Origin: Dermacoccus nishinomiyaensis
GTDB taxonomy: Bacteria > Actinomycetota > Actinomycetes > Actinomycetales > Dermatophilaceae
NCBI RefSeq assembly: GCF_900447535.1
Contig: NZ_UFXX01000002.1
Location: 496,561-560,560 of the forward strand
Length of the DNA: 64,000 nt
Direction of reading: 5' to 3'
Notes under the pieces: model-generated
Told to the model about the DNA's origin: nothing
The model's database searches: none
The model's input: only the letters and a program-made list of their open reading frames with translations
In this document: positions 10,366-18,520 of the stretch, one piece after another
Layout of the letters: each line of letters opens with the position of its first letter
Numbering within the stretch: the stretch's first letter is position 1
Made by a program: the position numbers and the translations under genes

Positions 10366-10474
10366 CGGTAACTACTTCCAGCCCCAATAGCGAGGCATAC
10401 TTGACACACAACTTGACTCAGCGTGGAGCAAGTTGTTGAACTCTCTACATTACGCATCATATCCAGGAGTGACC

Positions 10475-10645
10475 ATGGCCATCTTCAAGAAGCTTTCCGC
10501 ATCCGCTGCGCTCGTGGCTGCCGCCGCGGCCCCGACGGTGGCCATCGTCGCCGCCAACTCGGCTAATGCAGCGCAGGCGAGCTCCGCTCACCACCTCGTG
10601 GTGAAGACCGGCGAGCACCGCATGTCGGACACCTGGCCGGCCTGA
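10475..10645 (+). CDS. Small secreted peptide precursor: a 56-aa product with a Sec signal peptide and a predicted ANA|AQ cleavage site, giving a 23-aa mature peptide AQASSAHHLVVKTGEHRMSDTWPA.
   Basis: AGGAG ribosome-binding site 6 nt upstream of the ATG at 10475. The n-h-c signal layout is MAIFKK / LSASAALVAAAAAPTVAIVAA / NSANA. It is divergent from the XRE-TPR regulator across a 109-bp intergenic region that contains TTGACA and the inverted repeat CAACTTG..CAAGTTG. Confidence 0.5.
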   Translation: MAIFKKLSASAALVAAAAAPTVAIVAANSANAAQASSAHHLVVKTGEHRMSDTWPA

Positions 10646-10670
10646 TCATCCGCCAACTGCGTAACGTCGC

Positions 10671-10701
10671 GTGCCCCGTAGCCCCAAAGGCTGCGGGGCA
10701 C
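10671..10701 (+). terminator. Stem-loop downstream of the microORF with a 13-bp stem and one mismatch; a candidate intrinsic terminator.
   Basis: GTGCCCCGTAGCC ccaaa GGCTGCGGGGCAC. Confidence 0.4.
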
Positions 10702-11020
10702 GCGTCGTTCGTCAGCGACGCGCTGTCAATGAAGGCGTTACTCGGGCGCCGCCAGGGTCCATCCCTGCCCGCTGCACCCTGAGCACCATCGCCCCAGGCG
10801 GACCACCATTGCCGTCAGCTCGCGATGCACGAGCACCGTGACCCACGAGAGGGAGCCCTCATGACCCCGACTGATGCGACGGTGTGCCGCTGACGGCGAC
10901 CTCCGTTCGCACGACGACGCGGAAGCACAGACACCATCCCCACTCCCCGGTACGACGAAGCCGTCGGCACGCGTGTTGCGTGCTCTGCATGAGTGCAGGG
11001 TCAGCGTCGATGAGCCGTCA

Positions 11021-11520
11021 CACGCCCGTGACGTCTGTGATCCACTGGCGGCTGTCCATCAGGTTGGCGTAGTTGGAGGCCGGCGTGGATGTCGGAGCCG
11101 GGATCGGCGGAGTCGCCCGTCGATCAGACGCCGACGATCTGACCGTTGACGACGAGGGGACCACCCGAGTCGCCGTGATTCGAGGAGCCGTTGACGCCCT
11201 CGAGGTGTATTGCGCGACCACCGTAGGCCTCGGCGCTCTCACCCAGGACGGAGACGTCGGCCTTGTAGAGCCCCGACGTCGGGACGCGGTTGGCGCGCAG
11301 GCCGTAGCCCTCGATGACGCCGGAGTCGCCCGCCGTCGCGTCGTAGGAGTCCGCGAGTGGCATGTACTGAGCGACGGGGGCCGGTTCGCTGAGGCCGACG
11401 AGCGCGACGTCGCCGTTGGACGAGTTCTACATGTCGTCGACGGCGATCGGCGTGCCGCGGTTCGAGGTGGAGTTGGAGAGGTAGACGTTCATCGACGTGT
11501 CACCGTCGGTGCCAGGTGCC
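11021..11520 (-). pseudogene. Chymotrypsin/streptogrisin-like S1 serine protease remnant. It is N-terminally truncated and carries an in-frame stop and a frameshift.
   Basis: The minus strand reads ...IAVDDM*NSSNGDVALVGLSEPAPV...HGDSGGPLVVNGQIVGV, with the Ser active-site motif GDSGGP. The C-terminal ...YANLMDSRQWITDVTGV continues in another frame. No catalytic-His region is present, and the reading frame ends in an AT-rich patch. Confidence 0.6.
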
Positions 11521-11529
11521 TCGGCCTGC

Positions 11530-11610
11530 TGGCCGGCCGCTTTTTATACATGACTGTATCGGCGACATGCATTTGTCGCATTGCGAAAATATGGATAACC
11601 CTGACGGGTT
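11530..11610. promoter_or_regulatory. Low-GC (about 40%) patch in an otherwise 70% GC context, containing the inverted repeats GCGACA-TGCATT-TGTCGC and ATACA..TGTAT. It is a probable divergent promoter/operator region or a foreign-DNA scar.
   Basis: gctttttatacatgactgtatcggcgacatgcatttgtcgcattgcgaaaatatggataacc. Confidence 0.35.
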
Positions 11611-11718
11611 CGGCGCAGAAGTGGGTCGTTGCCGCACCAAGCTGCGGTTCTCGCGGCCCACGTCGCGCGGAGGGAAGCGCTATCGTCACGCATTCGTCCT
11701 GAGAAGTTCCCCAGGAAG

Positions 11719-12351
11719 ATGTTCCCTGCTCTCGCCGCTGCCGGCGTGGGTGCCCTGACCCTGGCCGCGGCCGCGCCGTCGATGGCGGCCGACTCGCCTG
11801 CGACGCCCAGCACGACCGGGGACCACGCCAAGTCGACGAGCGTCGGCAACCTTCAGAACACGCCGATCGAGTTCTGGTGCTCGAAGGGGATGCCGAACCA
11901 CGTCATCGCAGTGGGCACGGTGAAGACGCCGGAGGCGACGGTGACGGTGAGCGAGCCGCTGCTGCACGAGACGCACACGATGGGCCCGGTGACGCACGAC
12001 AAGCCGCTCGTCATCTTCTCGAAGATCAACCAGGCCGGGAAGACGGTGACGATCACCGTCAAGGGCAACACGAGCGGGTCGGCGTTCAGCGTCACCGGCA
12101 CGATTCCGGCGACGTGCAAGGGTCTGCCGACGGTTCAGCCGAACGGCGCCGTCACTGTCCCTGCCCAGCCGACGAAGCCGATGCCGGGCACGCCCACTCC
12201 GACCAAGCCCGCCCCGAAGCCGATCGGCCCGAAGGTGCAGACGGACCTCGTCGCGTCGCAGAGCTCCTCGACGTCGGGTGAGCTCGCCCTCGCCGGACTC
12301 GCGTTCGCGGCCATCGCCGCCGGTGGTGTCGTGATGTCTCGTCGTCGCTGA
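11719..12351 (+). CDS. Secreted protein with a Pro/Thr-rich linker and a C-terminal hydrophobic segment plus basic tail (...LAGLAFAAIAAGGVVMSRRR). This is a cell-surface anchor without a canonical LPXTG.
   Basis: AGGAAG ribosome-binding site before ATG 11719. Signal peptide MFPALAAAGVGALTLAAAAPSMAADSPA, a PTKPMPGTPTPTKPAPKP linker, and a C-terminal TM segment with RRR. Confidence 0.6.
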   Translation: MFPALAAAGVGALTLAAAAPSMAADSPATPSTTGDHAKSTSVGNLQNTPIEFWCSKGMPNHVIAVGTVKTPEATVTVSEPLLHETHTMGPVTHDKPLVIFSKINQAGKTVTITVKGNTSGSAFSVTGTIPATCKGLPTVQPNGAVTVPAQPTKPMPGTPTPTKPAPKPIGPKVQTDLVASQSSSTSGELALAGLAFAAIAAGGVVMSRRR

Positions 12352-12433
12352 TCGGCGTCACGTCCCGCGTGTTCTTCGCCCGGAAACGCGTCGACGATGA
12401 CGCGCTTTCGGGCGATGATGGTCGGGCTTTCAG

Positions 12434-12512
12434 GCTCCCCGGGTTGGAATCGAACCAACGTCGCTAGTCCTGATTCAAAGTCAGGCGGCCCCTGCCAGCA
12501 GAGCAACCGGGG
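12434..12512 (-). tRNA. tRNA-like sequence with a TTG (Gln) anticodon loop and a canonical T-arm and acceptor stem, but a 9-nt variable region and an extra nucleotide at position 26. It may be an atypical tRNA or a tRNA pseudogene/att remnant.
   Basis: Reverse complement TCCCCGGTTGCTCTGCTGGCAGGGGCCGCCTGACTTTGAATCAGGACTAGCGACGTTGGTTCGATTCCAACCCGGGGAG. T-loop GGTTCGATTCC, 7-bp acceptor TCCCCGG/CCGGGGA, anticodon stem CCTGA/TCAGG with loop CTTTGAA. Confidence 0.4.
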
Positions 12513-12681
12513 AACGTCCGCGAAGCGCGGACCGCACAAGAGTAGTTCACGCCGGGCCGCGCCGCACTCCGTCGACGCACCGACGCGTCCCCGCGATCTA
12601 CGACGCGGACCGCGCCTCGGACCGCGCCAGCCCGCCCGGGCGCCCGAGGTCTCGGCTGCGACCTCCCGCCCACCCGGCACA

Positions 12682-13401
12682 ATGGAGGGCATGACGACTC
12701 CTCGCCGCACGCGTATGTCGGGCACCCAGCGTCGCGAACAGCTCATCGACGTGGGGCGCCGCACGTTCGCGGAACGAGGCGTCGCGGCGGCGACCGTCGA
12801 GGAGATCGCGGCGGCGGCGGGCGTGACGAAACCCGTCGTCTACGAGCACTTCGGCGGCAAGGAAGGCTTGTACGCCGTCATCGTCGATCGCGAGACGCGC
12901 AGCTTCCTCGACCACATCACGAGCGCCCTGACCGACGACGGCACACCCCGCGAACTCTTCGAACGCGCCGTGACCGCCCAACTCAGCTACATCAGCGCCA
13001 ACCCCGACGGTTTCCGTGTGCTCATCCGTGACGCCCCGTCCTGGCACTCGACGGGCTCCCTCGCGAGCCTCATGTCGGACATCGCCACAAAGATCGAGAA
13101 CGAACTCTCCCGCGTCATGTCGCGCCGCGAGATCGACCCCCGTTTCGCGCCGATCTACGCGCAGATGCTCATCGGCATGGCCGCCCTCACCGGCGACTGG
13201 TGGATCGAGCACGGCCAGGAATTCGACGCCACCGAGATGGCCGCCCACATGGTCAACCTCGGCTGGAACGGACTCACCGGCCTCGACGCCACGCCCACGC
13301 TCGTCGCGGCCGCGCCGGTGGCCAGCGGCGAGCCTGACGTCGACAACATGGTGGCACCGATGGGCCTGGGCGACGACGAGACGGACGACGACATCGCGTG
13401 A
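12682..13401 (+). CDS. TetR/AcrR family transcriptional regulator
   Basis: RREQLIDVGRRTFAERGVAAATVEEIAAAAGVTKPVVYEHFGGKEGLY is the TetR N-terminal HTH. The start was chosen at ATG 12682 inside the longer ORF. Confidence 0.85.
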   Translation: MEGMTTPRRTRMSGTQRREQLIDVGRRTFAERGVAAATVEEIAAAAGVTKPVVYEHFGGKEGLYAVIVDRETRSFLDHITSALTDDGTPRELFERAVTAQLSYISANPDGFRVLIRDAPSWHSTGSLASLMSDIATKIENELSRVMSRREIDPRFAPIYAQMLIGMAALTGDWWIEHGQEFDATEMAAHMVNLGWNGLTGLDATPTLVAAAPVASGEPDVDNMVAPMGLGDDETDDDIA

Positions 13402-13473
13402 CGAGGGCTGACGCCGTCTGCCGAGGGCAAGTCTCTCGACATCAAGTTTCTTGACGAGCGATAGACTGACGGC

Positions 13474-14070
13474 ATGTCACTCACCGGTTCGCCGCGCCCT
13501 GCCGACTCGAACCGTGCTTTCGGCCCAAGGGGCGCCGACGACATCGCGTCTGCGACGTCGACCGCTCCCGACGGCAAGCCGCACCATGACGAGGTCGACG
13601 TCATCGTCGATGCCTGGGCGAGCGTCCGCCCGGGGCTCGACACGACGCCACTCGAAGTGCTCTCGCGCATCAGCCGTATCGCGCGGCGCCTCGACCAGGC
13701 GCGCAACGCCGTCTTCACCGAGCATGAACTCGACGGCTGGGAGTTCGACGTGATGTCCGCCCTGCGCCGCGCAGGCGAACCGTTCGAGCTCTCCCCCGGC
13801 GCCCTCGTGCAGCAGACACTCGTCACCTCCGGCACGATGACGAATCGCGTCGACGGACTCGAACGACGCGGCTTCGTCTCGCGTCAACCGTCGCCGAGCG
13901 ACCGCCGCGGCGTCCTCGTCCGGCTGACCCCCGCGGGGCTGCGGGCCGTCGACGCCGCGTTCGACGCGCTGCTGCATCACGAGCGCCGCCTGCTCGCCGG
14001 CATGGACGACGACGCTCGCGCTCACCTCGCCGCGTCGCTGCGGACGCTGCTCACGGCCGTCGAGAGCTGA
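13474..14070 (+). CDS. MarR family transcriptional regulator
   Basis: Winged-helix core ...FDVMSALRRAGEPFELSPGALVQQTLVTSGTMTNRVDGLERRGFVSRQPSPSDRRGVLVRLTPAG. Confidence 0.85.
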   Translation: MSLTGSPRPADSNRAFGPRGADDIASATSTAPDGKPHHDEVDVIVDAWASVRPGLDTTPLEVLSRISRIARRLDQARNAVFTEHELDGWEFDVMSALRRAGEPFELSPGALVQQTLVTSGTMTNRVDGLERRGFVSRQPSPSDRRGVLVRLTPAGLRAVDAAFDALLHHERRLLAGMDDDARAHLAASLRTLLTAVES

Positions 14071-14082
14071 CCGCGAGGCACC

Positions 14083-14823
14083 TCAGTCTTCTTCGGTGCG
14101 GACGGTGCTCGACGTCCTGGCTGCAGGCTCCGACAGCGCCGTCGGAAGAGATCCGGTCGGCGCCAGCTTCTCGACGAGGGCGGTGATGTCCGCGACGAGC
14201 CCGCGTCCCACCGGTAGCCGTGCGAGCATCAGCATGCGCGCGAGGATGGGGGCGACGCCGTCGATGAGCGTCATCGTGCGCGCCCGCTGCTCGCTGTCAT
14301 CGCACACCCAGTGCAGCGTGATGCCGAGATAGACGAGCCACAGCAACATCGGCAACTGGCGTCGCAGTGCGCCACCCGGCACGCCCTTCGAGCGTTCGAG
14401 CACGTCGGTGACGAGGCCGATCGCATCGTCGCGCGCCTGCGCCGACGCTCCCGACAGCGGGCTCGTGCCCGACGACGCCTGCAGCGCCGTCGTCAGCAGC
14501 GTCGAACCGAAGCCGTGGTACGGCTCCATGACGTCGATGCCCTCCCGCCACAGCGCGCATAGGTTGTCGGCAAGCGGCGCTCCGTCGCGGATGGCGGCCA
14601 GCGCAACGTCGCGATGCTCGGCCTGGAGGCGCAGGTACAACTGCTGGACGAGCGCGTCCTTGCCGTCGAAGTAGTAGTACGCATTTCCTTGCGAGACGCC
14701 GGCTTCCGCGGCGATCGCGCGCATCGTCGTCTTCTCGTAGCCGTGCTCGCGGAACATCGCCAACGCCGTCTCGACGAGGGCTTCACGCGTCTGCTCCGAC
14801 TTCGTGGTCATGCGCTCAGTCAA
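14083..14823 (-). CDS. TetR/AcrR family transcriptional regulator
   Basis: REALVETALAMFREHGYEKTTMRAIAAEAGVSQGNAYYYFDGKDALV HTH motif. Confidence 0.85.
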   Translation of the reverse strand: MTERMTTKSEQTREALVETALAMFREHGYEKTTMRAIAAEAGVSQGNAYYYFDGKDALVQQLYLRLQAEHRDVALAAIRDGAPLADNLCALWREGIDVMEPYHGFGSTLLTTALQASSGTSPLSGASAQARDDAIGLVTDVLERSKGVPGGALRRQLPMLLWLVYLGITLHWVCDDSEQRARTMTLIDGVAPILARMLMLARLPVGRGLVADITALVEKLAPTGSLPTALSEPAARTSSTVRTEED

Positions 14824-14953
14824 TCACGTTCTTGAACACGTTCAATCGGCGCTCGCGGGGACGTCGAGCCCTCGTAGACAGTCGTGCACGGCGCCTGGTG
14901 GCAAACGGCGCAGCGCCGCCAGGCGCCGCGCGCGACCGGAACACGCGCTCAGT

Positions 14954-16789
14954 TCAGGCGAGCATCTCGGCGGCCTCGAGCCATTCCATCTCGAGTTCGT
15001 CCTTTTCGGCGAGCACGGCACGCAGCTTGACGTCGATCTCCGCGGCCTTGCCGTAATCGCTTGCGGCAGCGGCGAGCTCGTCGTGCAGCTTGGTCTCGCG
15101 CTCGGCCAGCTTCGCGAGCTGACGTTCGATGCGCGCCACCGTCTTGCGCGCCTCGCGCTCCTCGGCGGCGCTCACCACGCGTCCGCCGGCGCCAGCGCCT
15201 GCTGCGTCGTCAGCCGCGAGCGAGGTCGCATCGACCCCCTTCGCCGCCGCGCCCTGACGCTCGAACGCCGCCTGCGCCTGCAGGTGGTGCGCACGCAGCT
15301 CGAGGTACTGCTCGACCCCGCCGATGAGGTCGAGGATCTTGCCGTCTCCGAGCAAGGCGACCTGGCGATCGCACATGCGCTCGAGCAGGTACCGGTCGTG
15401 GCTGACGACGACGAGTGTGCCCGCCCAGCCGTCGAGGACGTCCTCCATCGACTGCAGCGTCTCGATGTCGAGGTCATTGGTCGGCTCGTCGAGCAGCAGC
15501 ACGTTCGGCTCGCTCATGAGCAGGCGCAGGAACTGCAGCCGTCGACGTTCGCCACCCGACAGCTCCGACACCCGCGCCTGCTGACGTCCCCCGGAGAAGC
15601 CGAGCCGCTTCGCGAGCTGCGAGGCGGACGTCTCCTTGCCGTCGAGCATGATGTAGCTCGCCACGTCCTCGATCGCCTCGATGACGCGCCAGCCCTCGAC
15701 GTCGTCGAGCTCGCGCACCTCCTGCGTCAGGTACGCAATCTTGACGGTCTTGCCCTGCTTGCGTTTGCCCGCCGACAGCTCCTGGGTTCCCGCGATGGCG
15801 CGCAGCAGCGTCGACTTGCCCGCGCCGTTGACGCCGACGATGCCGGTGCGCTCGCCCGGCGCGAGCCGCCACGTCTGCTTCGTCAGCAGTTCGCGCCCGC
15901 CGAGCGTGACGGACGCCTCGACGAGGTCGATGACATCCTTGCCGAGCCGCGTCGTCGCGAACCGGACGAGTTCGACGTCATTGCGCGGATCCGGTTCGTT
16001 CGCGATGAGCGCGTTGGCCGCGTCGATGCGGAACTTCGGCTTGCTCGTGCGGGCCGGGGCACCGCGCTGCAGCCACGCGAGCTCCTTGCGCAGCAGGTTC
16101 TGGCGACGCTCCTCCATCGCGGCCGCGATGCGTGCACGTTCGGCCTTCGCGAGCACGAACGCGGCGTAACCGCCTTCGTACTGCTCGACGCGTCCGTCGA
16201 TGACCTCCCACGTGTTGGTGCTCGTCGCGTCGAGGAACCACCGGTCGTGGGTGATCGTGACGAGCGCCGAGTCGCTGCGTGTGCGGCGTGCGTTGAGGAA
16301 GTCGGCGAGCCATTGCACGCCCTCGACATCGAGATGGTTGGTGGGCTCGTCGAGCAGCAGCAGATCAGGGTCGTCGACGAGCAGCTTCGCGAGCGCGATG
16401 CGACGGCGCTCGCCACCGGACTTGGGGCCGACGACGTCGTGCAGGTCCATGCCCGGCAACAACCCGTTGATGACCTCGCGGATGCGGGCCTCCCCCGCCC
16501 ACTCGTGCTCGGCGCGATCACCGACGACAGCCTGCAGCACCGTCCACTCCGCAGGAATCGTGTCCGCCTGCGTCAGCATGCCGACGGTGACGCCGTTCGC
16601 CATCGTCAGACGCCCCGAATCGACCTCGTGCACACCCGCGAGCACCTTGAGCAGCGTCGACTTGCCTCCACCGTTGCGGCCGACGATGCCGATGCGCTCA
16701 CCGCCGCCGATGCCGAGCGACACCGAATCGAGCAACTGCTGGGTGCCGAGGGCGAGCGAGATCTTCTCAGCGGACAGGAGGTTGGCCAT
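14954..16789 (-). CDS. ABC-F family ATPase with two tandem ABC cassettes, no TMD, and a C-terminal coiled-coil extension. It is Uup/EttA-like and may be a ribosome-associated factor.
   Basis: Two Walker A motifs (GRNGGGKST, GVNGAGKST) and two LSGGE signatures. The C-terminus is an Ala/Glu-rich coiled coil. Confidence 0.9.
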   Translation of the reverse strand: MANLLSAEKISLALGTQQLLDSVSLGIGGGERIGIVGRNGGGKSTLLKVLAGVHEVDSGRLTMANGVTVGMLTQADTIPAEWTVLQAVVGDRAEHEWAGEARIREVINGLLPGMDLHDVVGPKSGGERRRIALAKLLVDDPDLLLLDEPTNHLDVEGVQWLADFLNARRTRSDSALVTITHDRWFLDATSTNTWEVIDGRVEQYEGGYAAFVLAKAERARIAAAMEERRQNLLRKELAWLQRGAPARTSKPKFRIDAANALIANEPDPRNDVELVRFATTRLGKDVIDLVEASVTLGGRELLTKQTWRLAPGERTGIVGVNGAGKSTLLRAIAGTQELSAGKRKQGKTVKIAYLTQEVRELDDVEGWRVIEAIEDVASYIMLDGKETSASQLAKRLGFSGGRQQARVSELSGGERRRLQFLRLLMSEPNVLLLDEPTNDLDIETLQSMEDVLDGWAGTLVVVSHDRYLLERMCDRQVALLGDGKILDLIGGVEQYLELRAHHLQAQAAFERQGAAAKGVDATSLAADDAAGAGAGGRVVSAAEEREARKTVARIERQLAKLAERETKLHDELAAAASDYGKAAEIDVKLRAVLAEKDELEMEWLEAAEMLA

Positions 16790-16879
16790 GCCCGCGATTG
16801 TCTCACCGCCGTGTCACGTCGCCCAAAGCTGATGATGCGGCGCCCGTCAGAGCAGGTGCCGGACCGAGACGAGCGCTCG

Positions 16880-16941
16880 CCACGCCGTCCGTCAGATGTG
16901 GACGTAGTTCGCAGATGGGGACGTAGCGGTGGATGTCAACC
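16880..16941. repeat. Degenerate 19-bp tandem units of the TGTGGAC repeat family; this is the left half of a repeat locus split by IS insertion.
   Basis: gatgtggacgtagttcgcagatggggacgtagcggtggatgtcaacc. Confidence 0.55.
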
Positions 16942-16950
16942 TGTGGTGAG

Positions 16951-17853
16951 TCACTCAGGGCCGGGATGGTTGATTCCGGCCCACGCTTTCGGGGCGGGCA
17001 CTGGCGCGCGGTGGCCGCGGAAACGTTCGGGGTGACGCGCCTGGTAGTAGGCGAGGCTGACTTGGCGGCGAGCGTGCAGCATCTTCCACGACCCGTCGTG
17101 CACCTGCGCGGGCGTGTACAGCGCGATCCCACTGTGGTGGTGGGCATGGTTGTACCAGTGCACGTGCTGCGCGACGTACGTGCTCGCCTCCACCAGCGAC
17201 GCGAACACGCCCGGATACGACGCCCGATTCTTCAGGGTGCGGAACTCGGACTCGATGTACGGGTTGTCGTTCGACACCCGCGGACGCGAGTGCGACACCT
17301 CGATGCCATGTGCCGTGAGGAACTCGTTCAGCAGGTTCGAACGCATCACCGCGCCGTTGTCGGCGTGCACGACCTGCGGCACGCACCCACCCTCCGCCGC
17401 GATCGCGGCCATGAACAACGCCATCGCATCAGCAGTGCTCTCACGCTGGTGCACACTCGCGACGATCACCTTGCGGCTGAAGATGTCGATGATCGCGTAC
17501 GCCTTGAACGCCACACCCCGAAACGCGGTGGGCAGGTCGGTGATGTCCCACGCCCACACCTGGTTCGCGCCAGTCGCCAACACCTGCGGTTTCACCCGCG
17601 CCACCGCCCGCTCACCCGCCGCGCCCGACTGCTCGACTGTGGCCTGCTCGACTGTGGCCTGCTCGCGGCGCACGCGCGCGGCGATACGCCACCACGAACG
17701 CAGACTCGCTTCCATGAAGCCCTCGTCCCACGCCTTCGCGAACGCGCCCGCGACACCCAAACCGCCCGTGCGCCCCGCACTGATGAAACCCGCGACCCGC
17801 GCGCACACCGACGCGCTCAACCTCGCTGGCTGCTCCCGCTCACGCTGCGGCAC
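16951..17853 (-). CDS. IS3-family transposase OrfB (integrase core, DDE). It is probably expressed as an OrfAB fusion by -1 frameshifting.
   Basis: QVWAWDITDL...HADNGAVMRS...E motifs of the rve domain. Confidence 0.85.
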   Translation of the reverse strand: MPQREREQPARLSASVCARVAGFISAGRTGGLGVAGAFAKAWDEGFMEASLRSWWRIAARVRREQATVEQATVEQSGAAGERAVARVKPQVLATGANQVWAWDITDLPTAFRGVAFKAYAIIDIFSRKVIVASVHQRESTADAMALFMAAIAAEGGCVPQVVHADNGAVMRSNLLNEFLTAHGIEVSHSRPRVSNDNPYIESEFRTLKNRASYPGVFASLVEASTYVAQHVHWYNHAHHHSGIALYTPAQVHDGSWKMLHARRQVSLAYYQARHPERFRGHRAPVPAPKAWAGINHPGPE

Positions 17854-17966
17854 AGGCGATACCGCCGCAGCAACGTCACGGCCATGGTGGTGGCGGGCGT
17901 GCCACGTGCCACGCGAGACACCAGCGACCTGCAGCGCACGGCGCTGACTGAACCCCGCCAGCGCGC

Positions 17967-18389
17967 TCAGGTCTCGGATGAGGTCGTTCTCGGCTGCGAT
18001 GAACGCTCGGGTGGCGTCGTCGGGGGCGTATCGGGCTCGTGCGCGTGCCAGTGTTGCAAGAGCCCGATAGCTTTTCCCAGCGACTCGTTCGCCTGACGTA
18101 GCCCGTCAGCCTCGGTCCGTAGCCGCGCGACTTCCGTGGCGTGGCGGCGTTCTTGCGCGGCGAGTTGTTCTTCCAGCCGGCGCATCTGATCAGAGCGAAT
18201 ATGGTCCATCGAGCCACCCTGACGCGGCGTGAGGCCACGGTCAAGATCACCACGGACATACTCACTACGCCAGCGACGTAACTGACTCGCCGTGAACGGC
18301 TGCTGCGCCAACCACGCCGTTTTCTGCCCGAACGCCAACCCCAGATACGTCACTACCGCATCCCGCTTTTCCTCGACCGTGAACACCAC
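17967..18389 (-). CDS. IS3-family transposase OrfA (HTH DNA-binding, leucine-zipper region)
   Basis: 140 aa. MVFTVEEKRDAVVTYLGL... is typical of IS3 OrfA. Confidence 0.8.
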   Translation of the reverse strand: MVFTVEEKRDAVVTYLGLAFGQKTAWLAQQPFTASQLRRWRSEYVRGDLDRGLTPRQGGSMDHIRSDQMRRLEEQLAAQERRHATEVARLRTEADGLRQANESLGKAIGLLQHWHAHEPDTPPTTPPERSSQPRTTSSET

Positions 18390-18435
18390 GCCTCCTCAAC
18401 ACAAGTGACTCACGACCAGGCTGGCACTTAGGGTA

Positions 18436-18480
18436 GATCGCCGATGTGGATGGCAATCGCGAGGGTGGACGAAAATCGCA
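18436..18480. repeat. Right half of the IS-split TGTGGAC tandem-repeat locus.
   Basis: gatcgccgatgtggatggcaatcgcgagggtggacgaaaatcgcagggtgg. Confidence 0.5.
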
Positions 18481-18520
18481 GGGTGGCAAGGCGGGGCGGG
18501 TCGGGGGTTCGGTCGGGGCG

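Larger units (their letters stand above)
16942..18430 (-). mobile_element. IS3-family insertion sequence of about 1.49 kb with an OrfA/OrfB arrangement.
   Basis: Terminal inverted repeats TGTGGTGAGTCACT (left) and TGGTCGTGAGTCACT (reverse complement of the right end). It encodes an HTH OrfA and an rve/DDE OrfB in overlapping frames. It is inserted inside a tandem-repeat locus. Confidence 0.85.

Noticed and set aside
10433-10474. Longer start for the microORF (MLNSLHYASYPGVT...).
   Set aside because: There is no ribosome-binding site at the upstream ATG, and the extension would precede the signal peptide n-region. ATG 10475 has a canonical AGGAG spacing.
14804-17035. 743-aa plus-strand ORF.
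   Set aside because: It is antisense to the ABC-F ATPase, which has clear Walker and signature motifs. This is a high-GC artefact.
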